A stretch of 64,000 nt of DNA from Candidatus Latescibacterota bacterium (GTDB taxonomy: Bacteria; Latescibacterota; UBA2968; UBA8231): assembly GCA_965197905.1 (NCBI GenBank), contig CBDAOB010000002.1, forward strand, positions 96,001-160,000, written 5' to 3'. The notes beneath the pieces are model-generated. The model did no database searches, was not told the origin of the DNA, and saw nothing but the letters and a program-made list of their open reading frames with translations. Positions 1-10,391 of the stretch are shown one piece after another (the stretch's first letter is position 1; the number at the start of each line of letters is the position of its first letter). The translations under genes and the position numbers were made by a program.

Positions 1-2
1 CG

Positions 3-560
3 GAGATCTCGAGCCAGCTGACCCTCTGGGGGCAGAAGGGCTCTGAGGTGATCCGCGGAAACTTGCTGGTGATTCCGATCGAGCGTTCCTTCATGTACGT
101 GGAGCCGGTCTATCTGCAGGCGCGTCAGGAGATCGAAGCGCCGGCCTATCAGGGTGGAGGCGGTCCTCCCGATCCCACGGAGCAGTGGCGACAGCCACCG
201 CGGCGGGAGATTCGCTCGGCGGCTATTCCGGAGCTCAAGAAGGTCATCGTCGCGTTCGGCGGTCGCGTCATCATGCGCGATACCTTCCGCAAAGCGCTGG
301 CTGACCTGTTCGAAATGGACGAGTCGAGCGTGGGCCACGCTGAAGAGATCCGCAGCGGAGCTTTGTCACGCGAAACACCCGGGAGTAGAGATCGCTCCGC
401 CGCGACGATGGCGACCGAGGCGGAGAACCAGTACCGCCGCGTGCAGGCGGCGATGAAGAACTGGGATTGGGCCGAGGCCGGTGACGGGATGCAGGCGCTG
501 GAGGAAACCCTTGCCGAGCTGCGCTCGACGTTGAACGATACTACCGGTGTACCACAGTAG
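3..560 (+). CDS. UPF0182 family membrane protein, C-terminal part (5' truncated by window edge)
   Basis: Open frame from base 3: ISSQLTLWGQKGSEVIRGNLLVIPIERSFMYVEPVYLQA...IPELKKVIVAFG, the characteristic UPF0182 C-terminus. Confidence 0.85.
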   Translation, partial: EISSQLTLWGQKGSEVIRGNLLVIPIERSFMYVEPVYLQARQEIEAPAYQGGGGPPDPTEQWRQPPRREIRSAAIPELKKVIVAFGGRVIMRDTFRKALADLFEMDESSVGHAEEIRSGALSRETPGSRDRSAATMATEAENQYRRVQAAMKNWDWAEAGDGMQALEETLAELRSTLNDTTGVPQ

Positions 561-617
561 CAGCACGCTGGGACGAGCCTTAATTACACGGCATGATCGA
601 GCGCGGTGGTAGCGGGG

Positions 618-1607
618 CTACTCCTCGTCTCGCAGAATCCGCAGCAGCGACTGCAGATACCCAACGCAGTAGGTCGAGCTGAGCAATCCTTCCTCCTCGT
701 TCAGGTCTCCTTCCACGCGGGCGGCATGGGAAGGTAGAACGTAACCGTCGAAATTCACTTCTCGCAACAACCGAAGGGTGTTGAGAAAATCCAGCTGGCC
801 TTCCTCGAAGAAACACTCGTTGAACTTTTCCCGCGTCCCTTGCACCGCCTGCAGGTGGACGTAACAGATTTTATCCCGCTCGCCAAAATACCGAATCCCT
901 TTTTCCGTCACACCGGGTCCCATAAGGCCCCAGTTCCCCAGGCAAAACGTCAAACCGAAGTTGGGACTATCCGCGATCTCCACCGCCCGCTGAAACCCCT
1001 CGAAGGTGCCGAACAGCCGCGGAATGCCGCCGAACTTCGGCACCGGAGGATCGTCCGGATGTAATGACAACGTGACTCCGGCTTCTTCCGCCACCGGGAT
1101 GAGCGCCTTGATGAAGTAATCGAAGTTGGACCAGATCTCCTCTTCGGTGTATTCCCGATCGCGAAAGAGAATGTCTTTGCTCGCCTTTTCCAGATCGAAG
1201 GATCGCACCGTCGCCCCGCCGCGGATTCGCGTCGAATGAGAGGTTCCAAATACAGGATTCGTGCCAAACGGATTCGGTGCCACCATCCAATGGAATCCGA
1301 AATGGGGCACACCCACCTGGCCCATGACCCGAAGGCAACCGGCGATATGTTCTATCTTCTCGTCCCGTTCCGGTTTGCCCAGGATGATGGGATCGTAATA
1401 CTGCGCCTGGTTGCCCAGGTTTTCCAGCGTGAACAGCTCCAGACCGGCGTCGTTGTAGCGCGCCCGCAGATTGACCAGCTCCAGGTAGTCGATGACATCT
1501 TTGCCTTCGGGGGGTTTGATGCCCCAGTACAATGCTCCGGTCACCCCGAGCTGTCGAATCAACCTCAGATACGTATTGTCCAGTTTGCCCCATAGACCGA
1601 TCTGCAT
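618..1607 (-). CDS. uxuA: Mannonate dehydratase (UxuA family)
   Basis: Start MQIGLWG at 1607 after AAGGAG; motifs IILGKPERD, WSNFDYFIKALIPVAEEAGVTLSLHPDDPP, NFGLTFCLG. Confidence 0.8.
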   Translation of the reverse strand: MQIGLWGKLDNTYLRLIRQLGVTGALYWGIKPPEGKDVIDYLELVNLRARYNDAGLELFTLENLGNQAQYYDPIILGKPERDEKIEHIAGCLRVMGQVGVPHFGFHWMVAPNPFGTNPVFGTSHSTRIRGGATVRSFDLEKASKDILFRDREYTEEEIWSNFDYFIKALIPVAEEAGVTLSLHPDDPPVPKFGGIPRLFGTFEGFQRAVEIADSPNFGLTFCLGNWGLMGPGVTEKGIRYFGERDKICYVHLQAVQGTREKFNECFFEEGQLDFLNTLRLLREVNFDGYVLPSHAARVEGDLNEEEGLLSSTYCVGYLQSLLRILRDEE

Positions 1608-1739
1608 GGAACGCTCCTTGTCAGCGAAATTGCTTCGTCGACGCTGCAATATACACCTCCCGCCCATTCCTTGCCCCTGCTCCGCGCCGGGCGTATACTT
1701 GCGCCCAATTCGCAGGACCATTCGGAAATGTGAGGTTGC

Positions 1740-2886
1740 ATGAACAAGCCAGTACGCGCCGGAGTTGTGGGGTGTGGAACCATAAGTCCCGCGTATTTCA
1801 ATGGCTGCAAGCCGTACGCGGTCATGGAGATCGTCGCCTGCGCCGACATGGTTCCCGAGATAGCCCGGGAAAGGGCTTCCGAATTCGCTAATCCCCAAAG
1901 CCTGCACGGTGGACCAGCTGCTGGCTGACGACACCATCGATATCGTAGTGAACCTGACCGTGCCCAAAGCCCATGCCGAGGTCAACCTCGCCGGCATCGC
2001 GGCGGGCAAGAGCGTGCATTGCGAGAAGCCGCTGGCGGTGAATCGGGCGGACGGCGCTCGGACCCTGGAGGCGGCAGAGGAGAACGGGGTGCGGGTAGGA
2101 TGCGCCCCCGATACCTTCCTGGGCGGCGGCATACAGACCTGTCGCAAACTGATCGACGACGGCTGGATCGGACAGCCCGTGGCGGTCACCGCTTTCATGG
2201 TGAGTCGTGGCCACGAATGCTGGCATCCAGCTCCGGATTTCTTCTACGAGATCGGTGGGGGACCCATGCTCGACGTGGGGCCGTACTATCTGACCGTGCT
2301 GGTCAATCTGCTGGGTCCCGTTGGCCGCGTCTGCGGGTCCGCCCGTGCCACCTTTGCGGAACGTTTGATCACCAGGGAAGGGCCGCGCTACGGAGATAAG
2401 ATCCCAGTGGAGACCCCGACCCATTTCGCCGGTACCCTCGATTTCGCCAGCGGCGCGATCGGCACGATGATCATGAGTTTCGATGTCTGGTCGCACCACC
2501 TTCCGCGCATCGAGATCTACGGCAGTGAAGGTTCCTTAAGTGTTCCCGATCCCAACGGCTTCGACGGTCCCGTTTTCATTCAGCGTCGGGGCGCCGAGGA
2601 TTGGTCGGAAGTACCCCTAACCCACGACGGTAGTGTGGGGCGCGGCATCGGGGTTGCCGACCTGGCGCAGGGCCTGATCTCCGGAAGGCCGCACCGCGTT
2701 AATGGCGCGCTTGCCTGTCACGTGCTGGATGTCATGCAGGCATTCGAGGAATCTTCCAACACGGGCAGGCATGTAGAGATTGCCACCAGCTGTGAACGTC
2801 CCGAGGCCTTACCCATGGGGTTGCTCCCGGGCACCCTGGACGAACAACCTTCCCCGCCAGACTGTGCGCGCTTTACAGCTCGATAA
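1740..2886 (+). CDS. Gfo/Idh/MocA oxidoreductase, one frameshift near 1890
   Basis: N-terminal GVVGCGTIS (ORF 1740) continues as IPKACTVDQLL...HCEKPLA...GGGPMLDVGPYY in another frame; one extra A in gctaatcccc explains the shift. Confidence 0.85.
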
Positions 2887-3889
2887 ACCCCAACATTTCC
2901 TGCGCGTCGAGATCGACGAGCCCGGATCACCTCGTGCGGGTGAAGCGCTGGTGCGTTCCCATCGCATGGGTGTGTGCGGCACGGACGTGAGCAGCTATCT
3001 CGGCAAGTTTCCCTTCTTCGATTACCCCCGCATTCCCGGTCACGAGCTCGGTGTGGAGGTGCTGGAGGTTGCACCCGACGTTCAAAACGTTCAGATCGGC
3101 GATCGCTGCAGCGTAGAACCCTACATGAACTGCGGCAGCTGCTACGCGTGTCGCAACGGCGCCACGAACTGCTGCACAACCCTGAGCGTGATCGGCGTGA
3201 TGAGCGACGGCGGCTTGTGCGATCGCTTTCTGATAAGGGCGGACAAACTGCATCCGGGGAATTCCCTGTCGTATGAACAGCTTGCGCTGGTTGAGACTCT
3301 GGCGATCGGCTGTCACGCTACCGATCGTAGCGCTCCTGCTGCCGGTGAGCAGGTGCTTATCATTGGCGCAGGTCCCATCGGCATGGCGACCCTCGAATTC
3401 TCGCGGATAGGGGGAACCGAGCCGGCGGTCATGGATCGGATCGAATCCCGACTGGACTTCTGCCGCGCCACCTACGGCATCGAGAACACCATTCGCTTCA
3501 GGGGAGATGGCAGCGAGCTGGAGCAGATGCGCGACATCACCAGCGGCGACCTGTTTCCCGTGGTGATGGATGCGACCGGAAACAGGGATTCCATGTCGGC
3601 GGCTCTGGAGTACGTAGCTCACACCGGGACGCTGGTTTTCGTCGGCCTCACCGCCGAAGCGATCAGCTTCAAACAGCCGGTGATGCACCGGGCGGAGCTA
3701 ACCCTGAAGGCGACCCGCAACGCGGTGCCGGAGAACTTCACCCGCATCATCGGTCTCATCGAGGCCGGCGCGATTCGCACCGATTCATGGATCACCCATC
3801 GCACCGGCTTCGATCAGGTGTCCGCGGACTTCGAAACCTTTACCAGGCCGGAGAGCGGTGTGATCAAAGCGATCATCGAGGTTTCATAA
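2864..3889 (+). CDS. Zn-binding dehydrogenase, YjjN/LgoD (L-galactonate 5-dehydrogenase)-like
   Basis: GTG start VRALQLDKP; GVCGTD, YPRIPGHE, CGSCYACRNGATNCC, ALVETLAIGCHA, GAGPIG. Confidence 0.8.
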   Translation: MRALQLDKPQHFLRVEIDEPGSPRAGEALVRSHRMGVCGTDVSSYLGKFPFFDYPRIPGHELGVEVLEVAPDVQNVQIGDRCSVEPYMNCGSCYACRNGATNCCTTLSVIGVMSDGGLCDRFLIRADKLHPGNSLSYEQLALVETLAIGCHATDRSAPAAGEQVLIIGAGPIGMATLEFSRIGGTEPAVMDRIESRLDFCRATYGIENTIRFRGDGSELEQMRDITSGDLFPVVMDATGNRDSMSAALEYVAHTGTLVFVGLTAEAISFKQPVMHRAELTLKATRNAVPENFTRIIGLIEAGAIRTDSWITHRTGFDQVSADFETFTRPESGVIKAIIEVS

Positions 3890-3891
3890 CC

Positions 3892-5154
<1,263 letters not shown>

Positions 5155-5169
5155 AAAGGTGAACAGCTC

Positions 5170-6177
5170 ATGAAATACCACGTTTACGTGTCGAATTCCG
5201 ACAGCGCGTTCTTCTCCAAGTTTATTCTCGATGACGGCAAGCTGGAACGCCAGCAAGATATCCCGCTGGACGACTGTCCCGGCACCGTCGCCACCACGGC
5301 CGATGGGGAGCTGCTGTTTGTCTGTCTGCGCTCACCGAAACAGCTGGAGAGCTTCCGCGTCGACAAGAGAACCGGGCAGCTATCCTCGATCGGAAAGGTC
5401 GATGTAGAGGATGGCCCCCCCTACCTGAAGACCGACAACACCGATCGGTATCTGCTCTCCGCCTGCTATCGCGCCGGCATTGTCACCGTGCACCGTATCG
5501 CGGACGACGGCTCCTTGAGTGCCGAACCGATACAGCGCATCGAAACGGAGGTGCACGCGCACAGCATTCAGACCGACCGTTCCAACCGCTTCGCCTTCGT
5601 GCCGCACACCAATCCGGCCAACGCGATCTATCAGTTCCATTTCGCTGTTTCCAGCGGCATGTTGTCCGCCAACGATCCGGCGAAGATCCACCCGGCCACG
5701 CCGGAGGGGCCACGCCACTTCGCCTTCCACCCGGCCCAAGATATTCTCTATTCGGTGAACGAGAACGGCTGCACCGTGAGCGCGCATCATTTCGACTCGA
5801 ATGCCGGAACCCTCGAGTCATTCCAGGTGATCTCCACCCACCCGGAGGGATTCACCGGCGAGAACCAGTCCACTGCCGAGATCCGCGTTACTCGAGACGG
5901 AACGCATCTCTACGCCTCGAATCGCGGTCACAACAGCCTGGCCATATACAGCATTGAGAATGACGGCACGCTTGCAGTCGTCGGGCATCAAGCCACCGAA
6001 GCGACCCCACGTTTCTTCGACATCGACCCCACCGGAGATTTCGTTCTCGCAGTTGGACAGGATTCCGGCCGCCTGGCCAGTTACCGGATCGATCACGAAA
6101 GCGGCAACCTGGAACCACTGGAGGCCCACGAGGTCGGAGAATCGCCGCTGTGGATCCAGTTCGTGGAAGCGGACTAA
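5170..6177 (+). CDS. Lactonase family beta-propeller (6-phosphogluconolactonase Pgl/YbhE-like)
   Basis: HAHSI, GPRHFAFHP, YSVNE, LYASNRGHNSLA, TPRFFDIDP. Confidence 0.9.
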   Translation: MKYHVYVSNSDSAFFSKFILDDGKLERQQDIPLDDCPGTVATTADGELLFVCLRSPKQLESFRVDKRTGQLSSIGKVDVEDGPPYLKTDNTDRYLLSACYRAGIVTVHRIADDGSLSAEPIQRIETEVHAHSIQTDRSNRFAFVPHTNPANAIYQFHFAVSSGMLSANDPAKIHPATPEGPRHFAFHPAQDILYSVNENGCTVSAHHFDSNAGTLESFQVISTHPEGFTGENQSTAEIRVTRDGTHLYASNRGHNSLAIYSIENDGTLAVVGHQATEATPRFFDIDPTGDFVLAVGQDSGRLASYRIDHESGNLEPLEAHEVGESPLWIQFVEAD

Positions 6178-6216
6178 ATCAATTGCATGGCCGCCTACGG
6201 GACAGGCGGTGGAAAA

Positions 6217-7239
6217 ATGGCGAAGAAAAAACACTCGATTCTGATCTGTGGCTCTGGCGGTGCCGGTCTGCACTGCGCCCAGATCGCCAAAGAAGACGGA
6301 CGCGGCGAGGTCGTCGGTCTCTTCGATCCAATCCCGCAGCAGCTCGAAAAAGCGGGTGCAAAATATCCCAATGCCAGGACCGGGGAGAATTACGAACGTC
6401 TGCTGGGGCAGACGCGACCGGACGTAGTCGTAGTGGCCGGCCCCGATCACCTTCATGCCGATCAGACCGTGACCGCGCTGGAGCACGGCTGCCATGTGTT
6501 GATAGAGAAGCCCTTCGCCACAACGATCGAGGACGCGCGCCGCATCATCGCAGTGGAGGAACGCACAGGCCTTCACGTGATGGCGGACCACACCTATCGC
6601 TACATGTTTCCCGAACGGGAGATGGTGCTGGCGACCAAAGCGGGAGAGATCGGTGAGTTCTTTTTCGTTCAGGGCGACTACATCCACGACATGACGGAGT
6701 ACTACCTGCCCCGTGGTCGATCCCACACGCCGTGGCGGGCGAATGCGGAAAATCCGCAGAACATCTTGCTGGGCGGTGGTATTCACACCATCGACCTGAT
6801 GTTGTGGGCAGTGGAAGAGGAGGTCGAGGAGGTTTTCTGCTATAGCAACAAGAAGTGCATCCCTGAATTTCCCAGCGACGACTGCTACATACTCATCATG
6901 CGCTTTGCCAACGGAGTCCTGGGGAAATGCCACGTGACAAGCGGCTGCTCGGGCCCGACCTGGCACCGCTTCTTCGAGAGCTTCGGAGATCGCGGCACCG
7001 TAAGCGACGGCCGGCTTCTACGACGCGACGCCGAGCCGGTGGAGCTGCAGAAAAGCTCTACGGTCGAGGTCGTTGGCGGTCATGGATGGGCCGAATCAGT
7101 GACCGATTTTCTCGATCTCCTGGATGGCGATATCGAGAACCCGATTCCGTCGAAGGCGGGTTTCAATAGTATCGCCGTGTGTGTAGCGGGATTGGAAGCG
7201 ATCCGTACGGGCAAGCCTCAGCGTCCGGAGTGGATCTGA
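6217..7239 (+). CDS. Gfo/Idh/MocA oxidoreductase
   Basis: ICGSGGAG, PDHLH, HVLIEKPFA, GGIHTIDL. Confidence 0.88.
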   Translation: MAKKKHSILICGSGGAGLHCAQIAKEDGRGEVVGLFDPIPQQLEKAGAKYPNARTGENYERLLGQTRPDVVVVAGPDHLHADQTVTALEHGCHVLIEKPFATTIEDARRIIAVEERTGLHVMADHTYRYMFPEREMVLATKAGEIGEFFFVQGDYIHDMTEYYLPRGRSHTPWRANAENPQNILLGGGIHTIDLMLWAVEEEVEEVFCYSNKKCIPEFPSDDCYILIMRFANGVLGKCHVTSGCSGPTWHRFFESFGDRGTVSDGRLLRRDAEPVELQKSSTVEVVGGHGWAESVTDFLDLLDGDIENPIPSKAGFNSIAVCVAGLEAIRTGKPQRPEWI

Positions 7240-7287
7240 GTAGGAGATCGCGGTCCTCAAGCGCTCCTCGGTCGTCCGCCGCGAAAA

Positions 7288-7439
7288 CTACCTACCTCTT
7301 CTTATTTCGGCATATCCCACTGTCCAGTTTCCCAGCACGATAAAGACGGTGGTCACAATACTCCCGACGGCAAGCAGAGGTATGCCGACGAGACTGTGTC
7401 CTACGGTGCAGCCGCCAGCCATCGATGAACCGCCGTCAT
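7288..7439 (-). pseudogene. Remnant of a YeeE/YedE (thiosulfate transporter family) gene, C-terminal end only
   Basis: Manual translation of 7434->7288 gives GGSSMAGGCTVGHSLVGIPLLAVGSIVTTVFIVLGNWTVGYAEIRRGR*. AGGCxxGH followed by hydrophobic helices matches the YeeE C-terminus. An out-of-frame ATG overlaps the desaturase stop (ATGA). Confidence 0.65.
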
Positions 7440-8269
7440 CGCAGCTTCACCCTTCTCCAGAACGGATACAAAAAGCGGCCTGCAAGGCTTCTTGGAAACA
7501 GTTCCATATCTGCAAACCCGAGTCGACCTGGCTGCTCTTCGTCCGCCGACATGAACGCGGTGCCAAAGACCCAGTCCCACACACTGAAAACAATGCCGTA
7601 GTTTTGGCCTGCTTTGCCGTGCAACACGACGTCGTGATGCCATACGTGAAAGCGGGGTGAGTTGACGACATATCCCAGGGGACCCCAACCAATTTTCAGG
7701 TTGGAGTGATTGAGATGCCCGACCAGCGTGCCAACTATTGCAACCCACAGAATCACCTTGCCGTCGATACCCAACACAACCAGCGGCAAATAGGTGAGTC
7801 CTTTGTAGATTACGATTTCCATCCAGTGAAATCGCATGTTTCCGATCCAGTCAAGTTCCTCTATGCTGTGATGCAGCTTGTGGAATTCCCACAGCCAGGG
7901 TACTCGGTGCAAGAGGTTGTGCACGCACCATTCTAGAAGATCCTTCAACACCAGAAAGACGACAAACTGCACCCACAAAGGGCTCTCCATCAACAGTTGA
8001 AGAGATTCGGGCGACGGGAACTGCAACGCACCTGTCAGTTGTCTTCCCTGCTGAAGTAACCAGCCGACGATGAAAGCCAGGAGTACGCCGGCATAGTGAC
8101 CGTTGAAAACAAGCCAGAAGAAATCCTGCCCAATCTGGTCTCTAAACGCCCTCTGCCGCGGACGCCACGGTGAGAATCGCTCCAGCATCCAGCAGAAGAT
8201 CGATATGGCCATAAGCCAGAAAAAGTAATGACGCGTATCCCATATGATGTTCAGCATGGAAGACCACAC
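7436..8269 (-). CDS. Sterol desaturase / fatty acid hydroxylase family membrane protein
   Basis: His boxes HNLLH, FHKLHHS, HLNH, FHVWHH; NYGIVFSVWDWVFGT. Confidence 0.9.
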   Translation of the reverse strand: MWSSMLNIIWDTRHYFFWLMAISIFCWMLERFSPWRPRQRAFRDQIGQDFFWLVFNGHYAGVLLAFIVGWLLQQGRQLTGALQFPSPESLQLLMESPLWVQFVVFLVLKDLLEWCVHNLLHRVPWLWEFHKLHHSIEELDWIGNMRFHWMEIVIYKGLTYLPLVVLGIDGKVILWVAIVGTLVGHLNHSNLKIGWGPLGYVVNSPRFHVWHHDVVLHGKAGQNYGIVFSVWDWVFGTAFMSADEEQPGRLGFADMELFPRSLAGRFLYPFWRRVKLR

Positions 8270-8307
8270 ATAGAGATATCCGTTGAACCGCTACCCATTA
8301 TAGGCCG

Positions 8308-9675
8308 TCACTGTTTCGGCAAAATTATTGTGAATTCCGTACCATTCCCCACCTCACTGGCCACCGTCAGATCTCCGTTTAGGCTTCTTACAACATTGAA
8401 AGCGCTAGGTAGACTCGTATCCAAACTGACCCTCGAGTTTGTCGTGTCGAATCGCAACTCAAATAGATGGTCCACCTCTTCGGCGGGTATGCCTCTGCCA
8501 TCGTTGCATATCTTCACACAGACATGACCATTGTCAACGAATGTCCGAATTGTAACCTCACCCATGCCATTTATGTCGCCTACTGATCTGGACAGCACAC
8601 TCATGAAAACTTGATTGAGACGGTTGGGGTAGGACTTTATTGCAGGGATTTGCCCGTATTCTTTTGTGATCTTTATGTCTTCGCCAATCTCGTGTTGGAT
8701 GAGCGAGAGTGTGCTATCGATCCCGGAGTGGATGTCGGCCTCTTGAAATTCAGCTTCATCAAGCCGTGCAAAGTCCTTCAGGTTGTTTACAATCGTAGCA
8801 ATGCGCTCCGTGGCAGTGGCAATCACCTCGCTGTTATCCCGCATCATCTCTAACGACCTCTGGTACTGAGGGTCGTCTTGAATTTCTTGAGCGGTGCTGC
8901 GCAGCCTCACCATTTCAGCGACCTTTCCGAGGCAACGGCCACACACGTCTGCGGCGGCGCGCACTGCGCCGATAGGATTGTTGATCTCGTGTGCGATCCC
9001 AGCCGCAAGTGTTCCCAGAGTCGCCATTTTTTCCTTGAGAATAAGCTGATGTTGCATCTCCTGGAGCTGGTTCAACGTCGACTCCAGGGCTTGCTCCTTC
9101 TGCACTTGACCGACAAAGTACAGCACCGTGCCGAAGACTATGGCAGCAACGGCACCGATGTTCATGACGAAAAAGAGGCCGATCACCCAGGCGGATCTGT
9201 CTTCTTGCGGAGACATGTACTGCTCGGAAAGGCAGGACATAATCGCCACTAAGACGAACGCGGCAAACCAGACCTTGGCTTCGCCGACACCGCGAAAAAC
9301 CAAAATTGCTAACGGTGCCAGCAGGGACCACAGCATAACCGCTCCGGAGGCGGCGAAACCTCCCAAGGTCCACTGCAACAAGACTGGAACAAGCAGCATG
9401 AAAAACGCTGCGACATTGACGAAGACCGCGAAGTTCCTGGTCGCAAAAAATACAGCTATGCCGATTAGAATAACGGTTCCATAAGACAAGGGCAGCAGCG
9501 CCGCCACGCTTAGCCCAAGTGCAGCATACATCAGCGCCCACGGAACACAGCACAGACACTTGAGGAAGGTGATCAAAGTGAAAGTCCTCTTGCGCAGTCT
9601 GTCCTCACTCGAATCCGCAGGCTTGGCTACTGCTTGCTCAACATAGTTCGTCAGTTTCTCCCACGTCTTGTTCAT
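8308..9675 (-). CDS. Membrane sensor histidine kinase-like protein (multi-TM MASE7-like input; degenerate HATPase domain)
   Basis: About 6 hydrophobic helices; EKMATLGTLAAGIAHEINNPIG H-box; C-terminal SEVGNGTEFTIILP; N, G1 and G2 boxes altered. Confidence 0.8.
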   Translation of the reverse strand: MNKTWEKLTNYVEQAVAKPADSSEDRLRKRTFTLITFLKCLCCVPWALMYAALGLSVAALLPLSYGTVILIGIAVFFATRNFAVFVNVAAFFMLLVPVLLQWTLGGFAASGAVMLWSLLAPLAILVFRGVGEAKVWFAAFVLVAIMSCLSEQYMSPQEDRSAWVIGLFFVMNIGAVAAIVFGTVLYFVGQVQKEQALESTLNQLQEMQHQLILKEKMATLGTLAAGIAHEINNPIGAVRAAADVCGRCLGKVAEMVRLRSTAQEIQDDPQYQRSLEMMRDNSEVIATATERIATIVNNLKDFARLDEAEFQEADIHSGIDSTLSLIQHEIGEDIKITKEYGQIPAIKSYPNRLNQVFMSVLSRSVGDINGMGEVTIRTFVDNGHVCVKICNDGRGIPAEEVDHLFELRFDTTNSRVSLDTSLPSAFNVVRSLNGDLTVASEVGNGTEFTIILPKQ

Positions 9676-9994
9676 TGCAGGCCTTTCTCTATCGAATTCG
9701 ATTGCGGCCAGGGGCTAAATGCATCCATCTGCCCATAAGTTATTGAATTCGATCTTGTCGCACACATCCGCAGGGGAGTGCGGGGCATTGGGACCTCCGG
9801 GTCGCAGGATTCGTTCGTTGGACCGCGCCGGAGTGGCTGGATTAGGTCGATTCGCCGCTAGAGCAGCTGGTTCCTCTATCTGCGGGAACAGGACCGATGA
9901 CAGAAATTTCGTTCGGAGGCGGTGGAATGATGTCATCGGGTTCACTACGTTAGGCGCGGGTATACGAACACAAACCAGGGCGAGAGGAGCCGAA

Positions 9995-10384
9995 ATGCAG
10001 TTGGTTCGAATCAGCCTCATTGGCGCAATGCTGTTTCTGTTAGACTCCGCCGGCGCCGACGACACCATAAGTTTCAAGGTGCGGATCCAGCCCCGCGCCG
10101 ACCTCGGTGACTTCTCCTCAGGGTCGCGGGAAGATTACCGAACACAGCTCGACTTCTATATGCGCCGCAGCCGTCTGGAGCTCCTCGGCCGGCCCGTCGA
10201 TGGAGTTTATTACATTCTGGCGGTTTCGGGCGATCGCTGGGGCCAGCGCGGCGCTTCGGGTGGTGGCGATGTCGCCTACGCCTTCGTTAACTACCGGCTC
10301 GGGCCCTCTGTCGAGCTTCGCGCCGGGCTCGACGACGCCTCTTCGCGGACACTACTCCAGCTTCACAGCCAGCTCTACTTCTGA
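9995..10384 (+). pseudogene. Internally deleted outer-membrane porin (OprO/P- or ExtI-like), 129 aa
   Basis: RBS GAGAGGAG, signal peptide, FKVRIQPR, DFYMRRSRLELLG, VELRAGL, then a direct jump to a terminal beta-signal LQLHSQLYF*; far too short for a barrel. Confidence 0.6.
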
Positions 10385-10391
10385 TCCCGGC

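Noticed and set aside
1885..1900. Programmed ribosomal frameshifting at the frameshift sites
   Set aside because: No shared slippery heptamer or downstream structure was seen, and the affected families are ordinary enzymes
1608..2198. 197-aa N-terminal extension of uxuA in the ORF track
   Set aside because: It overlaps the divergent Gfo gene, and the real start with an RBS is at 1607
5818..6966. Long antisense ORFs (also 17992..19026, 47547..48683, 51698..52774 and others)
   Set aside because: Shadow frames of well-supported genes in GC-rich DNA, with no recognisable motifs
9676..9994. Possible riboswitch or ncRNA upstream of the porin relic (also 14349..14653 and 25274..25503)
   Set aside because: Only short inverted repeats, with no recognisable aptamer consensus; an Rfam search would be needed
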